Positions 54,385-64,000 of a DNA stretch of 64,000 nucleotides are shown one piece after another. The notes under the pieces are model-generated. The model saw nothing but the letters and a program-made list of their open reading frames with translations. It was not told the origin of the DNA and made no database searches. The DNA comes from an uncultured Acidobacteriota bacterium (GTDB lineage Bacteria > Acidobacteriota > Vicinamibacteria > Fen-336). The stretch spans positions 137,238-201,237 of the forward strand of contig CAWFSB010000059.1 in the NCBI GenBank assembly GCA_963818355.1, given 5' to 3'. The position numbers and the translations under genes were made by a program. Positions within the stretch are counted from its first letter, which is position 1. Every line of letters starts with the position of its first letter.

Positions 54385-56505
54385 CTATCCGGCAGCGGCC
54401 ATCTCGGCGCACCACGTGGCCAGGAGCCCGTCCTCGGCCGTTACCCCGAGGCTCGCCTCGCCGCGGAGCGCGCGGTGGAAGTTCTCGAGCTGCTCTCGCT
54501 GTCCCTTCTCGACGGTGCGAGTCTTGAGCCCCTCCTTGCCGAGGCCGTGGACCTCGAGGCTGCGGTAGTCGTCGAGGACGAAGCTCGCCCCGCCGGCGAA
54601 GACCTCGATCCGCTCCTTGCCGAGCCCGGATGCGCCGCCGCCCGCGTAGATCACGGTGCCGATCGAGCCGTTCCCGAACTCGATGGCGACGATGGCCTCG
54701 TCCCGCTCCTTGCCCGCCGGGGAGACCGAGCGCACGCGCACGGGATCCGCGCCGGCGAGGAAGCGGAGCATGTCGAAGAAGTGCACGCCCTCGCCGAGGA
54801 GTCGGCCGCCGCCCTCCACGGGGTCGAGGAGCCAGTGCTCGGGCGGGAGCGCGCCGGCGTTGACCCGGTAGACGAGCGATCGGGTCGAGGCGATCGGGTC
54901 GAGCAGCTCCTTGAGCCGCGCGGCGTGCGGCGAGAAGCGGCGGTTGAAGCCCACGGTCAGGAGTGTCCCGCGGCGCTCGACGGCCCCGGCGAGCTCCCGC
55001 GCGTCGGCCACCGTCATGGTCATGGGCTTCTCGACGAACACCGCCTTGCCCGCCTCGACCGCCGCGCGGGCGACCGCGTAGTGGAGGTCGTGGCGAGTGG
55101 CCACGTAGACGACCGCCACCGCGGGGTCGTCGAGGACCTCGCGGTAGTCCGTCGTGCCCTTGGCGAAGCCGTCGTTCTCGACGGCGGCGCGGACGGTGAG
55201 CCCGCTGCGGGCGCAGGCCGAGGCCAGCGAGAAGCCGGGGTGCGCCTTCAGCAGCGGCAGCAGCATCGAGCGGAAGTACCCGCCGTAGCCGACCACACCG
55301 ACGCCGAACGTGCCGGCCAGGGGCGGCGACGCGGCGCGGCGGATCGGGCGGTACGAGACCGCGCGCGGAGCCGCGACCGCCGCATCCAGGTGGTAGTCGA
55401 GCAGGATGCCGATCGGCCGGTTCTCCGAGGCGAGCGAGGCGTAGGCCTCACCCGCGCTCTCGACCGGGTGCGTCGCGTCGACGAGCGGCTTGACGCGGAG
55501 AGACCCCGCCGCGACCTGGCGCAGCACCTCCTCCAGGTTGCGGCCCTCCGTCCAGCGCACGTAGCCGAACGGGTAGTCGTGGCCCTTCTCCTCGTAGGCG
55601 GCGTCGTAGCGGCCGGGCCCGTACGAGGTCGAGATCAGGAAGTCGATCTCCTTCTTGTAGATCTTGTCGCGCTGGATGCGGATGGGGACGTCGCCGACCA
55701 GCACGACCCGGCCTTTCCTCCGGCACGCCTCGAAGGCCTTGTTGAGGAGCCCCGCGTCGCCTCCGGCCGCGGTCACGATGACCGCGTCCGCCCCGCGGCC
55801 CTCCGTTCGCTCGAGGACGCCCGCCACGAAGTCGCGCTCGGCGACGGTGAAGCCCTGATCGAGGCCCAGGGCCTGGGCGCGCGCCACGCGATCGGGACGC
55901 ACGTCGACGCCGATGACGACGGCGCCCGCCGCGTGCAGCATCTGCGCCGTGATCTGTCCCAGAAGGCCGAGGCCGAGCACGGCCACCCGGTCGCCCATCC
56001 CCGGCTCGGCCCGGCGCACGCCCTGCAGCGCGATGGCCCCGAGGGTCGCGAAGGCCGCCTCCTCGAACGAGACGGCGTCCGGGATCCGGGCCACGAGGTT
56101 TCTCGGCACGACGTTCACGGAGGCGTGGTTGGCGTAGCCGGCCCCCGCGCAGGCCACGCGGTCGCCCACGTGGATGTCGGTCACGCCCTGCCCCACCTCC
56201 ACCACCACGCCGGCGCACGAGTAGCCGCTCGGCACCTCGGTCGAGACCCGCGTCTTCACCAGCTCGGCGGTGCTCTTGAGCCCGTGGCTCGCGACGCGGT
56301 CGACGACCTTCATCACCAGGGCCGGGTTGCGGATCGCCTTCAGGACCAGGTTCTCACGGCGGCCCCCGCTGCCGATCGAGGCCGACTCGGTCCCCGCGCT
56401 GATGAGGGAGTGGCTGGTGCGCACGAGCACCGTGCCGGGCCTCACCACCGGCTCCGGCACCTCGACCACTCGGACCTCGCCGCCGCTCATGGCTACCTGC
56501 AGCAC
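54385..56505 (-). CDS. Bi-domain oxidoreductase: N-terminal Zn-ADH/MDR-like domain + C-terminal Gfo/Idh/MocA domain
   Basis: Intact frame. GTG at 56505 with AAGGAG 6 nt upstream (or ATG 56490). …VAVLGLGLLGQ…; …FGVGVVGYGGYF…VYVATRHDLHY…EKPM…. Confidence 0.8.
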   Translation of the reverse strand: MLQVAMSGGEVRVVEVPEPVVRPGTVLVRTSHSLISAGTESASIGSGGRRENLVLKAIRNPALVMKVVDRVASHGLKSTAELVKTRVSTEVPSGYSCAGVVVEVGQGVTDIHVGDRVACAGAGYANHASVNVVPRNLVARIPDAVSFEEAAFATLGAIALQGVRRAEPGMGDRVAVLGLGLLGQITAQMLHAAGAVVIGVDVRPDRVARAQALGLDQGFTVAERDFVAGVLERTEGRGADAVIVTAAGGDAGLLNKAFEACRRKGRVVLVGDVPIRIQRDKIYKKEIDFLISTSYGPGRYDAAYEEKGHDYPFGYVRWTEGRNLEEVLRQVAAGSLRVKPLVDATHPVESAGEAYASLASENRPIGILLDYHLDAAVAAPRAVSYRPIRRAASPPLAGTFGVGVVGYGGYFRSMLLPLLKAHPGFSLASACARSGLTVRAAVENDGFAKGTTDYREVLDDPAVAVVYVATRHDLHYAVARAAVEAGKAVFVEKPMTMTVADARELAGAVERRGTLLTVGFNRRFSPHAARLKELLDPIASTRSLVYRVNAGALPPEHWLLDPVEGGGRLLGEGVHFFDMLRFLAGADPVRVRSVSPAGKERDEAIVAIEFGNGSIGTVIYAGGGASGLGKERIEVFAGGASFVLDDYRSLEVHGLGKEGLKTRTVEKGQREQLENFHRALRGEASLGVTAEDGLLATWCAEMAAAG

Positions 56506-56612
56506 GCCGATCTCCTTTGACTGGACCGTCGCTGGACAGGGCCTCTTTTCGGCCCTGCGGGATCGGTATTCTGACACACCGCCGACGACCCGAAACCGCC
56601 AGCCGGCGGGCG

Positions 56613-57897
56613 TCAGCCGCTCCGCGCCGCCTTCCGGAACGCGAGGATGACCTCCGCGCCGAGGATGGACCGCGCCGTCTCGAGCGCAAGGCCACGGCCG
56701 GCGAGCTCGCCGACGAGCTCGCGCCTCGCGTATCGCGCGAGGTGCCGGCTCGCTCCGGCGCCCGGGACGAGCCGCTCGTACAGGGCGCCCACCAGGATCC
56801 ACAGCCATCGCCCGTAGTCGGGTGTCGCGAGGACGAGGCGGCCTCCCGGTGCGAGGACCCGCACGAGCTCGTCGAGCGCCCGTCCGTCGCGGGGCACGAG
56901 CTCCACGAGGTTGGAGCTGAGGACGCGCTCGAAAGCAGCGTCGCCGAACGGGAGGCGCAGCGCCGAGGCCTGTACCAGGCGTCGATCGAAGCGGCGTGCG
57001 TGGCGGAGCTTCCGGATCGAGAGGTCGAGCCCCACGCTGCCGCGGGGCAGCCCGGCCAGGATCCGGCTCGAGCCGCAGCCGACGTCGAGCGTCCGCCGTT
57101 CCCCCTCGAGCGAGACCGGTCACGTGGCGGTACCGCCGTCGCTGCCAGAACCGCTGAAGCGGGACGACGCTGTCGAAGGCGCGGTCCTCGTAGTCGGCGG
57201 AGTCGACGGAGTTGCGCAGCGACCAGAGGGTGCGGAACGTCCGGGCGTAGGCCAGCCCGAACGGAATGATCCGGGCGTTGGAAGACCCGTGCACCCGGGG
57301 CTCGTAGCGAAAGGGGATCTCCTGGACGCGCCAGCCCTCCGTGTACGCCCGCACCAGGATCTCCGGGAGGACGTCGAAGTCCCTGGCCGTGACCGCCCGC
57401 ATGTCGAGGGCGCTCGTCCGGTAGAGTCGAAAGCCGCTCGAGAGATCGCGCAGCGGCACCCCGAGGCCGAGCGCGAAGAAGCGGTTGAGAACCCGGCTGA
57501 GCAGGGCGCGGACGAGCGGCATCCTCGCGCCGCCTCCCTCGACGTACCGCGACGCGATCAGGACCTCGGCCTCGGCCCGCCGGCGCCAGAGGTCGGCGAC
57601 GAAGGTGGGCGGGTGCGAGAGGTCCGCGTCCATGGTGAGCACATACCGGCCGGCGGCCCGCGAGAACCCGGTCCGCAGCGCGCCGCCGTAGCCGGGCTCG
57701 CGCTGCTGCACGATCGTGCCCAGCCCGTCTCCAATGGCCTCCCGGGTTTCTTCCTCGACGTCCCGGACCACCACCAGGACTTCCGCATCGATTCCGAGGC
57801 CGTCCAGGATGATTCGAAGCTGGGGCAGCAGGATCCGGAGGTTGGGGCCCTCGTTGTGGGCCGGGATGATCACGCTCAGGTCGAGGCTCGCCGACAC
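56613..57897 (-). CDS. Fusion: GT2 (DPM1/polyprenyl-phosphate glycosyltransferase-like) + class I SAM methyltransferase (frame break near 57120)
   Basis: LSVIIPAHNEGPN…TMDADLSHPP…FRYEPRVHGSS…, then …LQRFWQRRRYRHV / SLEGERRTLDVGCGSSRIL…LAPGGRLVLATP. There is no separate start codon for the MT part. Confidence 0.7.
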
Positions 57898-57951
57898 AAC
57901 GCGAAGCCTATGCGCAGTGACGAGGCGGGTAAAGGCAGGCCAGGGCGACGA

Positions 57952-59471
57952 TCAGTCCGGTCGACGCGGCGGAGTGAGGCGATACACCTGGTCGCAGAGG
58001 TCGCCGTTCGGCTTGCGCGTCTCGAGGGCGAGAGTGGCGCCGAGCGGCGCCCAGGGGACGGGCGACGGCCGTTCTCGCCCCTCCGGCACCGGCGAGACCA
58101 CGACCAGAGTCGGGCGCTCCCGGGCCCACCTCTCGAGGAGCGGCAGGACGTCGGTGCGTTCGAGGGGGAGGTCCTCGAGCCGGAGCGCGGGGGTCTTTCG
58201 AAACGCGACTCCCAGGGCCACGCGCGTCGTGAGGTGAGCTCGGCTGTTGACGACGACCGTCAGGCCCTCGGGGTGTCGGAGAAGCTCGTCCCTGACGAAC
58301 TGCACCGTCTCGCCGACGCCGTAGCCGGACGGCCAGCCGTCCACGAACTGCAGGCGCTCCAGGCCGGGCATCGGCATGCGGCTCGGGTCCGTCCACAGCC
58401 AGAGGTCCGCCTTCACGGCTGGAACCAGGGCGAGGGCGGTGGCCGCGCCCAGGAGCGCGTGACGCGGGCCGCCCGACGGAACGCCGAGACGGGAGGCGGC
58501 CCAGCCCACGAGCTGGGCCAGCGCCCGCGCCGCGAGGATCACTCCCGGTACGGCCGCGTACAGGATGTAGCGGGGATACCAGAAAGTGGCCGTGACCACG
58601 AGAAAGGCGAGGGGAAGGAGCCCCGCGGCCGCCAGGTAGAGGCCCGGTCGATCCCGCCACACGATCGCGCCCAGCGCCCCGCCCAACGCGAGGAGGACGA
58701 GGGGGAGCGTCCACCATCCGGGGAACCACTCCGCGACGAGACCGAGGTTGCGCACGATGCGATCGAGCGACCCCGCGGCCCCGCCGCCGACGTTGCGCTC
58801 CGCCATGGACCGGCTCGCCTCCAGGAAGCGCCAGAGCGGCCACGCGACCAGCCCGGCCGTCGCCGCGAGGGCCGCCCCGAGGGCGGGCAGCCCGCGGCGG
58901 CGCGGCCGTGACAGCGCGAGCCACGCCGCGACGGGGACGAAGAGCAGGAGGACGCCGCTCGCCTTGCTGAGGACCGCCAGGGCGGCCGGCGGTCCCGCGA
59001 GGAGACCGTCCCGAACGCGACCGCTCTGGGCGGCGCGCGCCGAGGCGAGCAGGGAAAGGCGAAGAAGGTGGACACCACGGGGTCGGCCATGACCAGGCGG
59101 TCGTAGAAGAGCGTCATCGGGCACAAGACGTACAGCGCCCCGGCGACGAGCGCCGTCGGCTCGTCGTACAGGCGGCGGGCGAGCGCGTGAATCGCGAGCA
59201 GGGTCACGGCGCCGAACGCCACGGTCAGGCAACGGCTCGCCCACAGAGCGTTCTCGCCGACCCACGGAACGAGGAGCGCGTTCGCGAACACCTGGACGGC
59301 GCGCCCGTGGGACCACGGCTGGCCGAGCCGCTCTCCCTGCGCGATGTACATCGCCCAGGACATGTGCAGGTTCTCGTCGACGAACGCGGGCAGGCGAGCG
59401 AGGCCCACCAGGCGGCTCGCCGCGAAGGCGGCCAGGAGCGAGGCTCTCCACGCCCAGGTCGAGGCGTTCAC
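57952..59471 (-). CDS. GT-C glycosyltransferase, ArnT/PMT_2 (GT39/83)-like (frame break near 59050)
   Basis: GTG at 59471 in a GTGA overlap. TM1, then LPAFVDENLHMSWAMYIAQGE (acidic loop motif). About 11 helices plus a soluble C-terminal domain. Confidence 0.65.
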
Positions 59472-61142
59472 GGCGTGACCGGCGGCAAGTCCACAGGATC
59501 GGCCAACAGCTCCGGGGCCGAGAGTGGCGTCGCGACGGGAGGCGGGCCCACGGTCACATCGATGACCACACCCAGCAGCAGCCCGGCCATCACCGCCGCC
59601 GCGAAGCTCGAGAACGCCCGGTCGATCCGCGGGCGGACCTGCGCCAGCCGGTCGAGAGCGAGCAGCAGACAGACCGCCACGATCCAGACGAGCGCAAGGA
59701 GGGCATCCCTCGCCGACGCGTGGGTCAGGGTCGGCAGGTAGTCACCGATCGGCACGGCGTCCGAGAGGACCGCCCACAGACGCGTGGGACGGTTGCCCCG
59801 GTTCAGCAGGACTCGAGCGGTCGGCTCGGCCACGGCCACGATCGAGAACACGGCGCCGGTCAGGAGGAGGCCCGGGCACCAGCGGGCGAGGCCCGCCCGG
59901 GAGTGCGCGAGCCGAAGCGCCAGCGCGACGACGAGGAACGGCAGCATCGGCACCAGGAACCTCGCCGGCGGGCACTGGCCTCCCCACCACATGCGCCACG
60001 ACAGGAGGGGCGCGAGCACGGCCAGCCCGACGAGCGCATGGGGCCAGGCCTCGCGCCGGCGCAGGACCATCGGCAGCCCGGCGAGCGCGAGCAGGAAGAC
60101 GGGCGCGATCGGCAGCAGGCCGAAGGAACGGTCGAGGAAGAGCCCCGGGAGCGAGCGCCACGACAGGATCTGCGCGTCGGCCGGGACGCCGCCGTAGAGC
60201 GCGAGGGGCGAGGCCAGGCCGAAAACGGAGGCGTAGTAGAGAAGAAACGCGGCCGCGGCCGCGCCCGCCACGGCCAGGAACGCGGCCAGGGCGCGCCCGC
60301 GCAGGCGGACGACCGCGATCAGGCCGAGGGCGGCCGCCGCCGGGATCATCTTGACGTGCAGCCACGGCAGCGCGGCGGCACAAACCGCGGCGAGCGCGGC
60401 TCCCGCGGCGCCCGGCGCCCCGAGGAGCAGGGCCAGCGAGCCGCCCGCCGCGAGGGCCGACGGCGCCTCCGTGTAGAGGTGGAACGAGTAGAAGAAGAGC
60501 GGTGGCCCGACCGCGGCGGTCCACGCGACCAGGGAGACGGCCTCGTTCCCCGTGAGCTGGAGCGCCAGGCGCCGGCAGACGAGCGCCGCCGCCGCGGCCA
60601 CCAGGGCCATGACCAGCACACAGCCCTCCCTCCCCAGGGCCGCGTAGGCGGGGGCGAGAAGCAGGGGCAGGCCCGGGCTGTGGGCCGGAAAGGGCCGCCC
60701 GTCGGCCCGCGGCGCGCCCCAGTGCGGCCGGAGCGGGCCGGGCACGAACTCGGCCCACTCCTCCCCGTCGTACTCGTCGCGCAGGTCCAGGTCGTGATCG
60801 CGCCAGAGGCTCTGGGCCATCACGAGATAGTGCGGCTCGTCGCCCGAGACCTGGAGCCCGGCGGCGTGTCGCAAGCCCACGCCGGCGTAGAGTGTCCAGG
60901 CCACGACCAGCAGCAGCCACGTCGGCGCCCGCACGTGTGTCCATCCCGGCCGGCGCTTCTCGACGACGCGCAGCAGAGCGAGAAGGGCGGCGACCGCGAC
61001 GAGCACCCACGCCGCCCGGCCGCGGAGAACCCCCAGGCTCGGCAGGCGCTCGACCAGTGGAGTAGATCCGGGCCACGCCGATCGGCAGCACGAGGCCCAG
61101 CGCGATCTCCAGCGCCCAGCGTCGCCAGCCCGACGATTGCAT
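59468..61142 (-). CDS. Polytopic membrane protein, GT-C-like (frame break near 61060)
   Basis: ATG at 61142. LQVSGDEPHYLVMAQSLWRDHDLDLRDEY follows the early helices. More than 12 helices. Confidence 0.55.
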
Positions 61143-61267
61143 GCGACCGAGATGCTATCCGAGAAGGGCGCACGGACGCGCGGCCGGGCGCTGGACACCG
61201 GTCGATCCGCCGCCGATACTGAGCCGTTTCCTCGGCGTTTCTACGGTCTTCCAGGGGGCGACACGGA

Positions 61268-63289
61268 ATGTGCGGAATCGTCGGCTGGCTGTCGTCCTCG
61301 ACCGCGCACCCGGTTGCGGGAGAGGTCCTCGCGCGGATGCGGGACACCATGGTCCACCGCGGCCCGGACGGGGACGGCCTCTGGGTCGCCCCCGGGCGCG
61401 AGGTGGGCCTCGGCTTCCGCCGCCTCGCGATCATCGACCTCTCGACCGACGCCAACCAGCCCATGACCAACGAGGACGGCAGCGTCCAGGTGGTCTTCAA
61501 CGGCGAGATCTACAACCACCTCGCGCTGCGCCGTGAGCTCCTCGAGAAGGGCCACCGCTTCAAGACCGACCACTCCGACACCGAGGTGATCGTCCACGGC
61601 TTCGAAGAGTGGGGCGAGGCGGTCGTCGAGCGGCTCCACGGGATGTTCGCGATCGCCGTCTGGGACGCGAAGAGGAAGCGGCTCTTCCTGGCGCGCGACC
61701 GGATCGGCGTCAAGCCCCTCTACTTCTCCTGGACCCCGCACGGCTTCCTGTTCGCGTCGGAGATCAAGGCGCTCCTCGCGCACCCGGCGGTGGAGAGGGA
61801 CGTCGAGCCGCGGTCGGTCTACCACTACCTCTCGTTCCTGACGACACCGGCGCCGCTCACGATGTTCCGCGGCGTCTTCAAGATGCCGGCCGGCTGCCGC
61901 GCGTTCGTCCAGCCCGACGGCACGATGAAGGCCGAGGTCTACTGGGACGCGCTGCCGGGGCGCGGCGACGATCTCCCCGAGCTGCGGCGGCTCAGCGGGA
62001 AGGCGCTGCGCGAGTACGCCGTCCGGCGCACGAAGGAGCTCTTCGAGGCGGCGGTCGAGAAGCGATTGATGTCGGACGTGCCCTTCGGCGTGCTGCTCTC
62101 GGGAGGGATCGACTCCTCGGCGAACGTCGCCGTGATGTCGAAGCTGATGAACCAGCCGGTCCGCACCTTCACCGTCGGCTTCTCCGAGCACGAGCACCTC
62201 AACGAGCTCGACTGGGCGCGCAAGGTGGCCCGTCGCTTCGGGACCGATCACCACGAGGTGATGGTGTCCGAGGCGGCGATGCGCGAGTACCTGCCCTCAC
62301 TCGTCTTCTCGCAGGACGAGCCGATCGCGGACTGGGTCTGTATCCCCCTCTACTTCGTCTCGAAGCTCGTGCGCGACAGCGGCACCGTCGTCGTGCAGGT
62401 GGGGGAGGGCAGCGACGAGCAGTTCTCCGGCTACCGTTCCTACATGATGTACCTCGACATGTACCGCCGCTTCTGGCGGCCCTTCTCGCGGCTGCCCGGC
62501 CTGGTGCGGCGGCCCGCGGCCGCCCTGGCGCGCGGCCTCGCGGGGCTTACCGATACTCAGGACCTCTACCTCGACCTCGTCGATCGCGCAGGACGCGGGC
62601 GCGAGCCCTTCTGGAGCGGGGCCATGGTGTACTCCGAGGCGCGCAAGGCGCGGCTCGTGGACCGCGCCCGGCTCGAGCCTCTCGCCGTCCCCGCGGCGAT
62701 GGCCGGCTCGGGGCTGCTGCCCGAGGCCTACGGCCAGGCCGACAGCTACGAGATCGTGCGGTCCTTCTTCGACACGATCGACCGCGCGGCTCCCGGCACC
62801 GACGTCCTCAACCGGATGATCTACTCCGAGTTCAAGCTGCGGCTGCCGGAGCTGCTCCTCATGCGGGTCGACAAGATCGGAATGTCGGTCTCGATCGAGC
62901 CGCGCGTCCCGTTCCTCGACCACCTGCTCGTCGAGCTCACGATGAACCTCCCCATGGAGCTGAAGGTCGAGGGGGGCGTCGCCAAGTCGCTCTTCAAGGA
63001 GGCCGTCCGGGGCGTGCTGCCCGACGACGTCATCGACCGGCCGAAGATGGGCTTCGGGGCGCCGATGGTGCAGTGGCTGCGGGGCCCGTTCGGCGAAGCG
63101 ATGCGGGCCGAGCTCCTGTCGACCCGCTTCTTCGACCGCTTCCCGGCGAGCCGCAAGGCGGTCGTCGGCATGCTCGACCGGCACCGGGCGGGCCGCGCCG
63201 ATTTCGCTCTCTACGTCTGGACGATCTACAACGCGGTCGCCTGGTTCGACTACTGGGTCGACAACTCCCGCGAAGTTCGGGTGGCCTGA
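61268..63289 (+). CDS. asnB: Asparagine synthase (glutamine-hydrolysing) family amidotransferase
   Basis: Intact 673 aa: MCGIVG (Ntn Cys2), RGPDG, SGGIDSS. Its location in a glycan locus suggests a sugar-carboxylate amidotransferase role. Confidence 0.85.
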   Translation: MCGIVGWLSSSTAHPVAGEVLARMRDTMVHRGPDGDGLWVAPGREVGLGFRRLAIIDLSTDANQPMTNEDGSVQVVFNGEIYNHLALRRELLEKGHRFKTDHSDTEVIVHGFEEWGEAVVERLHGMFAIAVWDAKRKRLFLARDRIGVKPLYFSWTPHGFLFASEIKALLAHPAVERDVEPRSVYHYLSFLTTPAPLTMFRGVFKMPAGCRAFVQPDGTMKAEVYWDALPGRGDDLPELRRLSGKALREYAVRRTKELFEAAVEKRLMSDVPFGVLLSGGIDSSANVAVMSKLMNQPVRTFTVGFSEHEHLNELDWARKVARRFGTDHHEVMVSEAAMREYLPSLVFSQDEPIADWVCIPLYFVSKLVRDSGTVVVQVGEGSDEQFSGYRSYMMYLDMYRRFWRPFSRLPGLVRRPAAALARGLAGLTDTQDLYLDLVDRAGRGREPFWSGAMVYSEARKARLVDRARLEPLAVPAAMAGSGLLPEAYGQADSYEIVRSFFDTIDRAAPGTDVLNRMIYSEFKLRLPELLLMRVDKIGMSVSIEPRVPFLDHLLVELTMNLPMELKVEGGVAKSLFKEAVRGVLPDDVIDRPKMGFGAPMVQWLRGPFGEAMRAELLSTRFFDRFPASRKAVVGMLDRHRAGRADFALYVWTIYNAVAWFDYWVDNSREVRVA

Positions 63290-63302
63290 GCCGGGCGCGC
63301 CC

Positions 63303-64000
63303 ATGCAGGATGGCGGCGTGGAGCCGAGAGCCGTGAGGCCGGGTCGGCCCTGGCCGTTCGTGGTCGCGCTCGTGCTCTTCGTCGTGGTTCTGGGACTCCT
63401 GCCCCACGTCCGCTTCAGCCTGCTGGTGGGCGAGCCCACGTGCTTCTTCTCGGCCTACGACGAGGATCAGTACTCGCTCTGGGCGTTCGGGGGTGGGGGG
63501 CCCCGCTTTCCGCATCGGTGGCTGTCCTCGGCGGCGCTCGGGCTGCTGTCGACGCTCAGCGGCGGCTCATGGACTCTCGCGCTCGTGCTCGCCGATGTGG
63601 TCTTTCCCGCTGCCGGCGCCGTGCTCGCCTGGAGCCTCGTCGGCCATTTGACCCGCAGGCGGCTGCTGCGCCTGGTGCTCGCGCTCGGCCTGCTCTTCGC
63701 CCAGGAGCTCTTCTCGCTCGGGTGCTGGACGATCTGGCAGTCCGGAGACGTCCTGGGCGTGACGAGTCCCGAGAGCAGCGTCTACGACTTGCGTTTCCTG
63801 CGCGAGATGGGGCCACCGCTGGCTGCGCTGGCTGTGGCCTGACTACGCCGCCCCGTTCCTCACCCTGTTTCGGACGCCGGAGCCTCAGATCAGCCGGATC
63901 GTGCTGTTCGCGCTGCTCGCCGCGCTGCTGGCGGCCTGCCGGGCGTCGCCCGGCCAGCGGCCGTCGCGTGCCTTCGTGATCCTGGGACTGCTGCTCAACG
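63303..64000 (+). CDS. Polytopic membrane protein, GT-C-like, partial (runs off the window; frame break near 63830)
   Basis: TM1 PWPFVVALVLFVVVLGLL, then FFSAYDEDQYSLWAF. It continues in another frame (…PDYAAPFLTLFRTPEPQISRIVLFALLAALL…). Confidence 0.45.

Noticed and set aside
47445-54400. Lower-GC block suggesting a horizontally acquired sub-cluster
   Set aside because: Hand counts on a few 60-nt lines gave 55-63% against a window average near 70%, but housekeeping lines vary similarly (about 63% in rel). Without a computed sliding-window profile the signal cannot be separated from the usual AT shift of Wzx/Wzy-type membrane genes.

Overview
High-GC (roughly 70%) bacterial chromosomal window with no rRNA, CRISPR array, transposase, integrase or prophage genes. 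Bases 1-16,100 hold ordinary housekeeping genes: PspC-domain protein, TPR lipoprotein, bifunctional Rel, RidA, L28, HAD-IIA phosphatase, beta-CASP MBL hydrolase, aconitase, Mpg glycosylase, tRNA-Gln(CUG), GlpF and an M14 peptidase. One gene in this part is unusual: an MglA-family small GTPase that runs without a stop into a Pro/Ala-rich linker and a degenerate histidine-kinase-like C-terminus. From about 16,120 to the window end (at least 48 kb) lies one very large envelope-glycan locus. It contains a WecA/WbpL-type initiating transferase, a CapD/PglF-type dehydratase and a DegT aminotransferase. It also has 5 GT2 genes (3 resemble polyprenyl-phosphate-sugar synthases), 3 GT4 genes, a Wzx flippase and a Wzy_C (O-antigen ligase/polymerase/PglL-like) protein. 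Tailoring genes include 8 SAM methyltransferases, a FemAB-like acyltransferase, AsnB, a bi-domain oxidoreductase, a heparinase II/III-like protein, an SGNH hydrolase and a deacetylase-like protein. Finally there are at least 8 large polytopic membrane proteins, several carrying a GT-C-like acidic motif after TM1. I read this as a two-compartment (cytoplasmic plus periplasmic) heavily methylated glycan pathway, and it is the best candidate here for an undescribed system. Caveat: about 45 apparent frameshifts break otherwise continuous homologous reading frames, including acnA and glpF, so many CDS coordinates are reconstructed spans rather than single ORFs. GTGA/ATGA start-stop overlaps and the three-fold motif TATAATCCGC(C/T) give independent anchors for gene boundaries and promoters.
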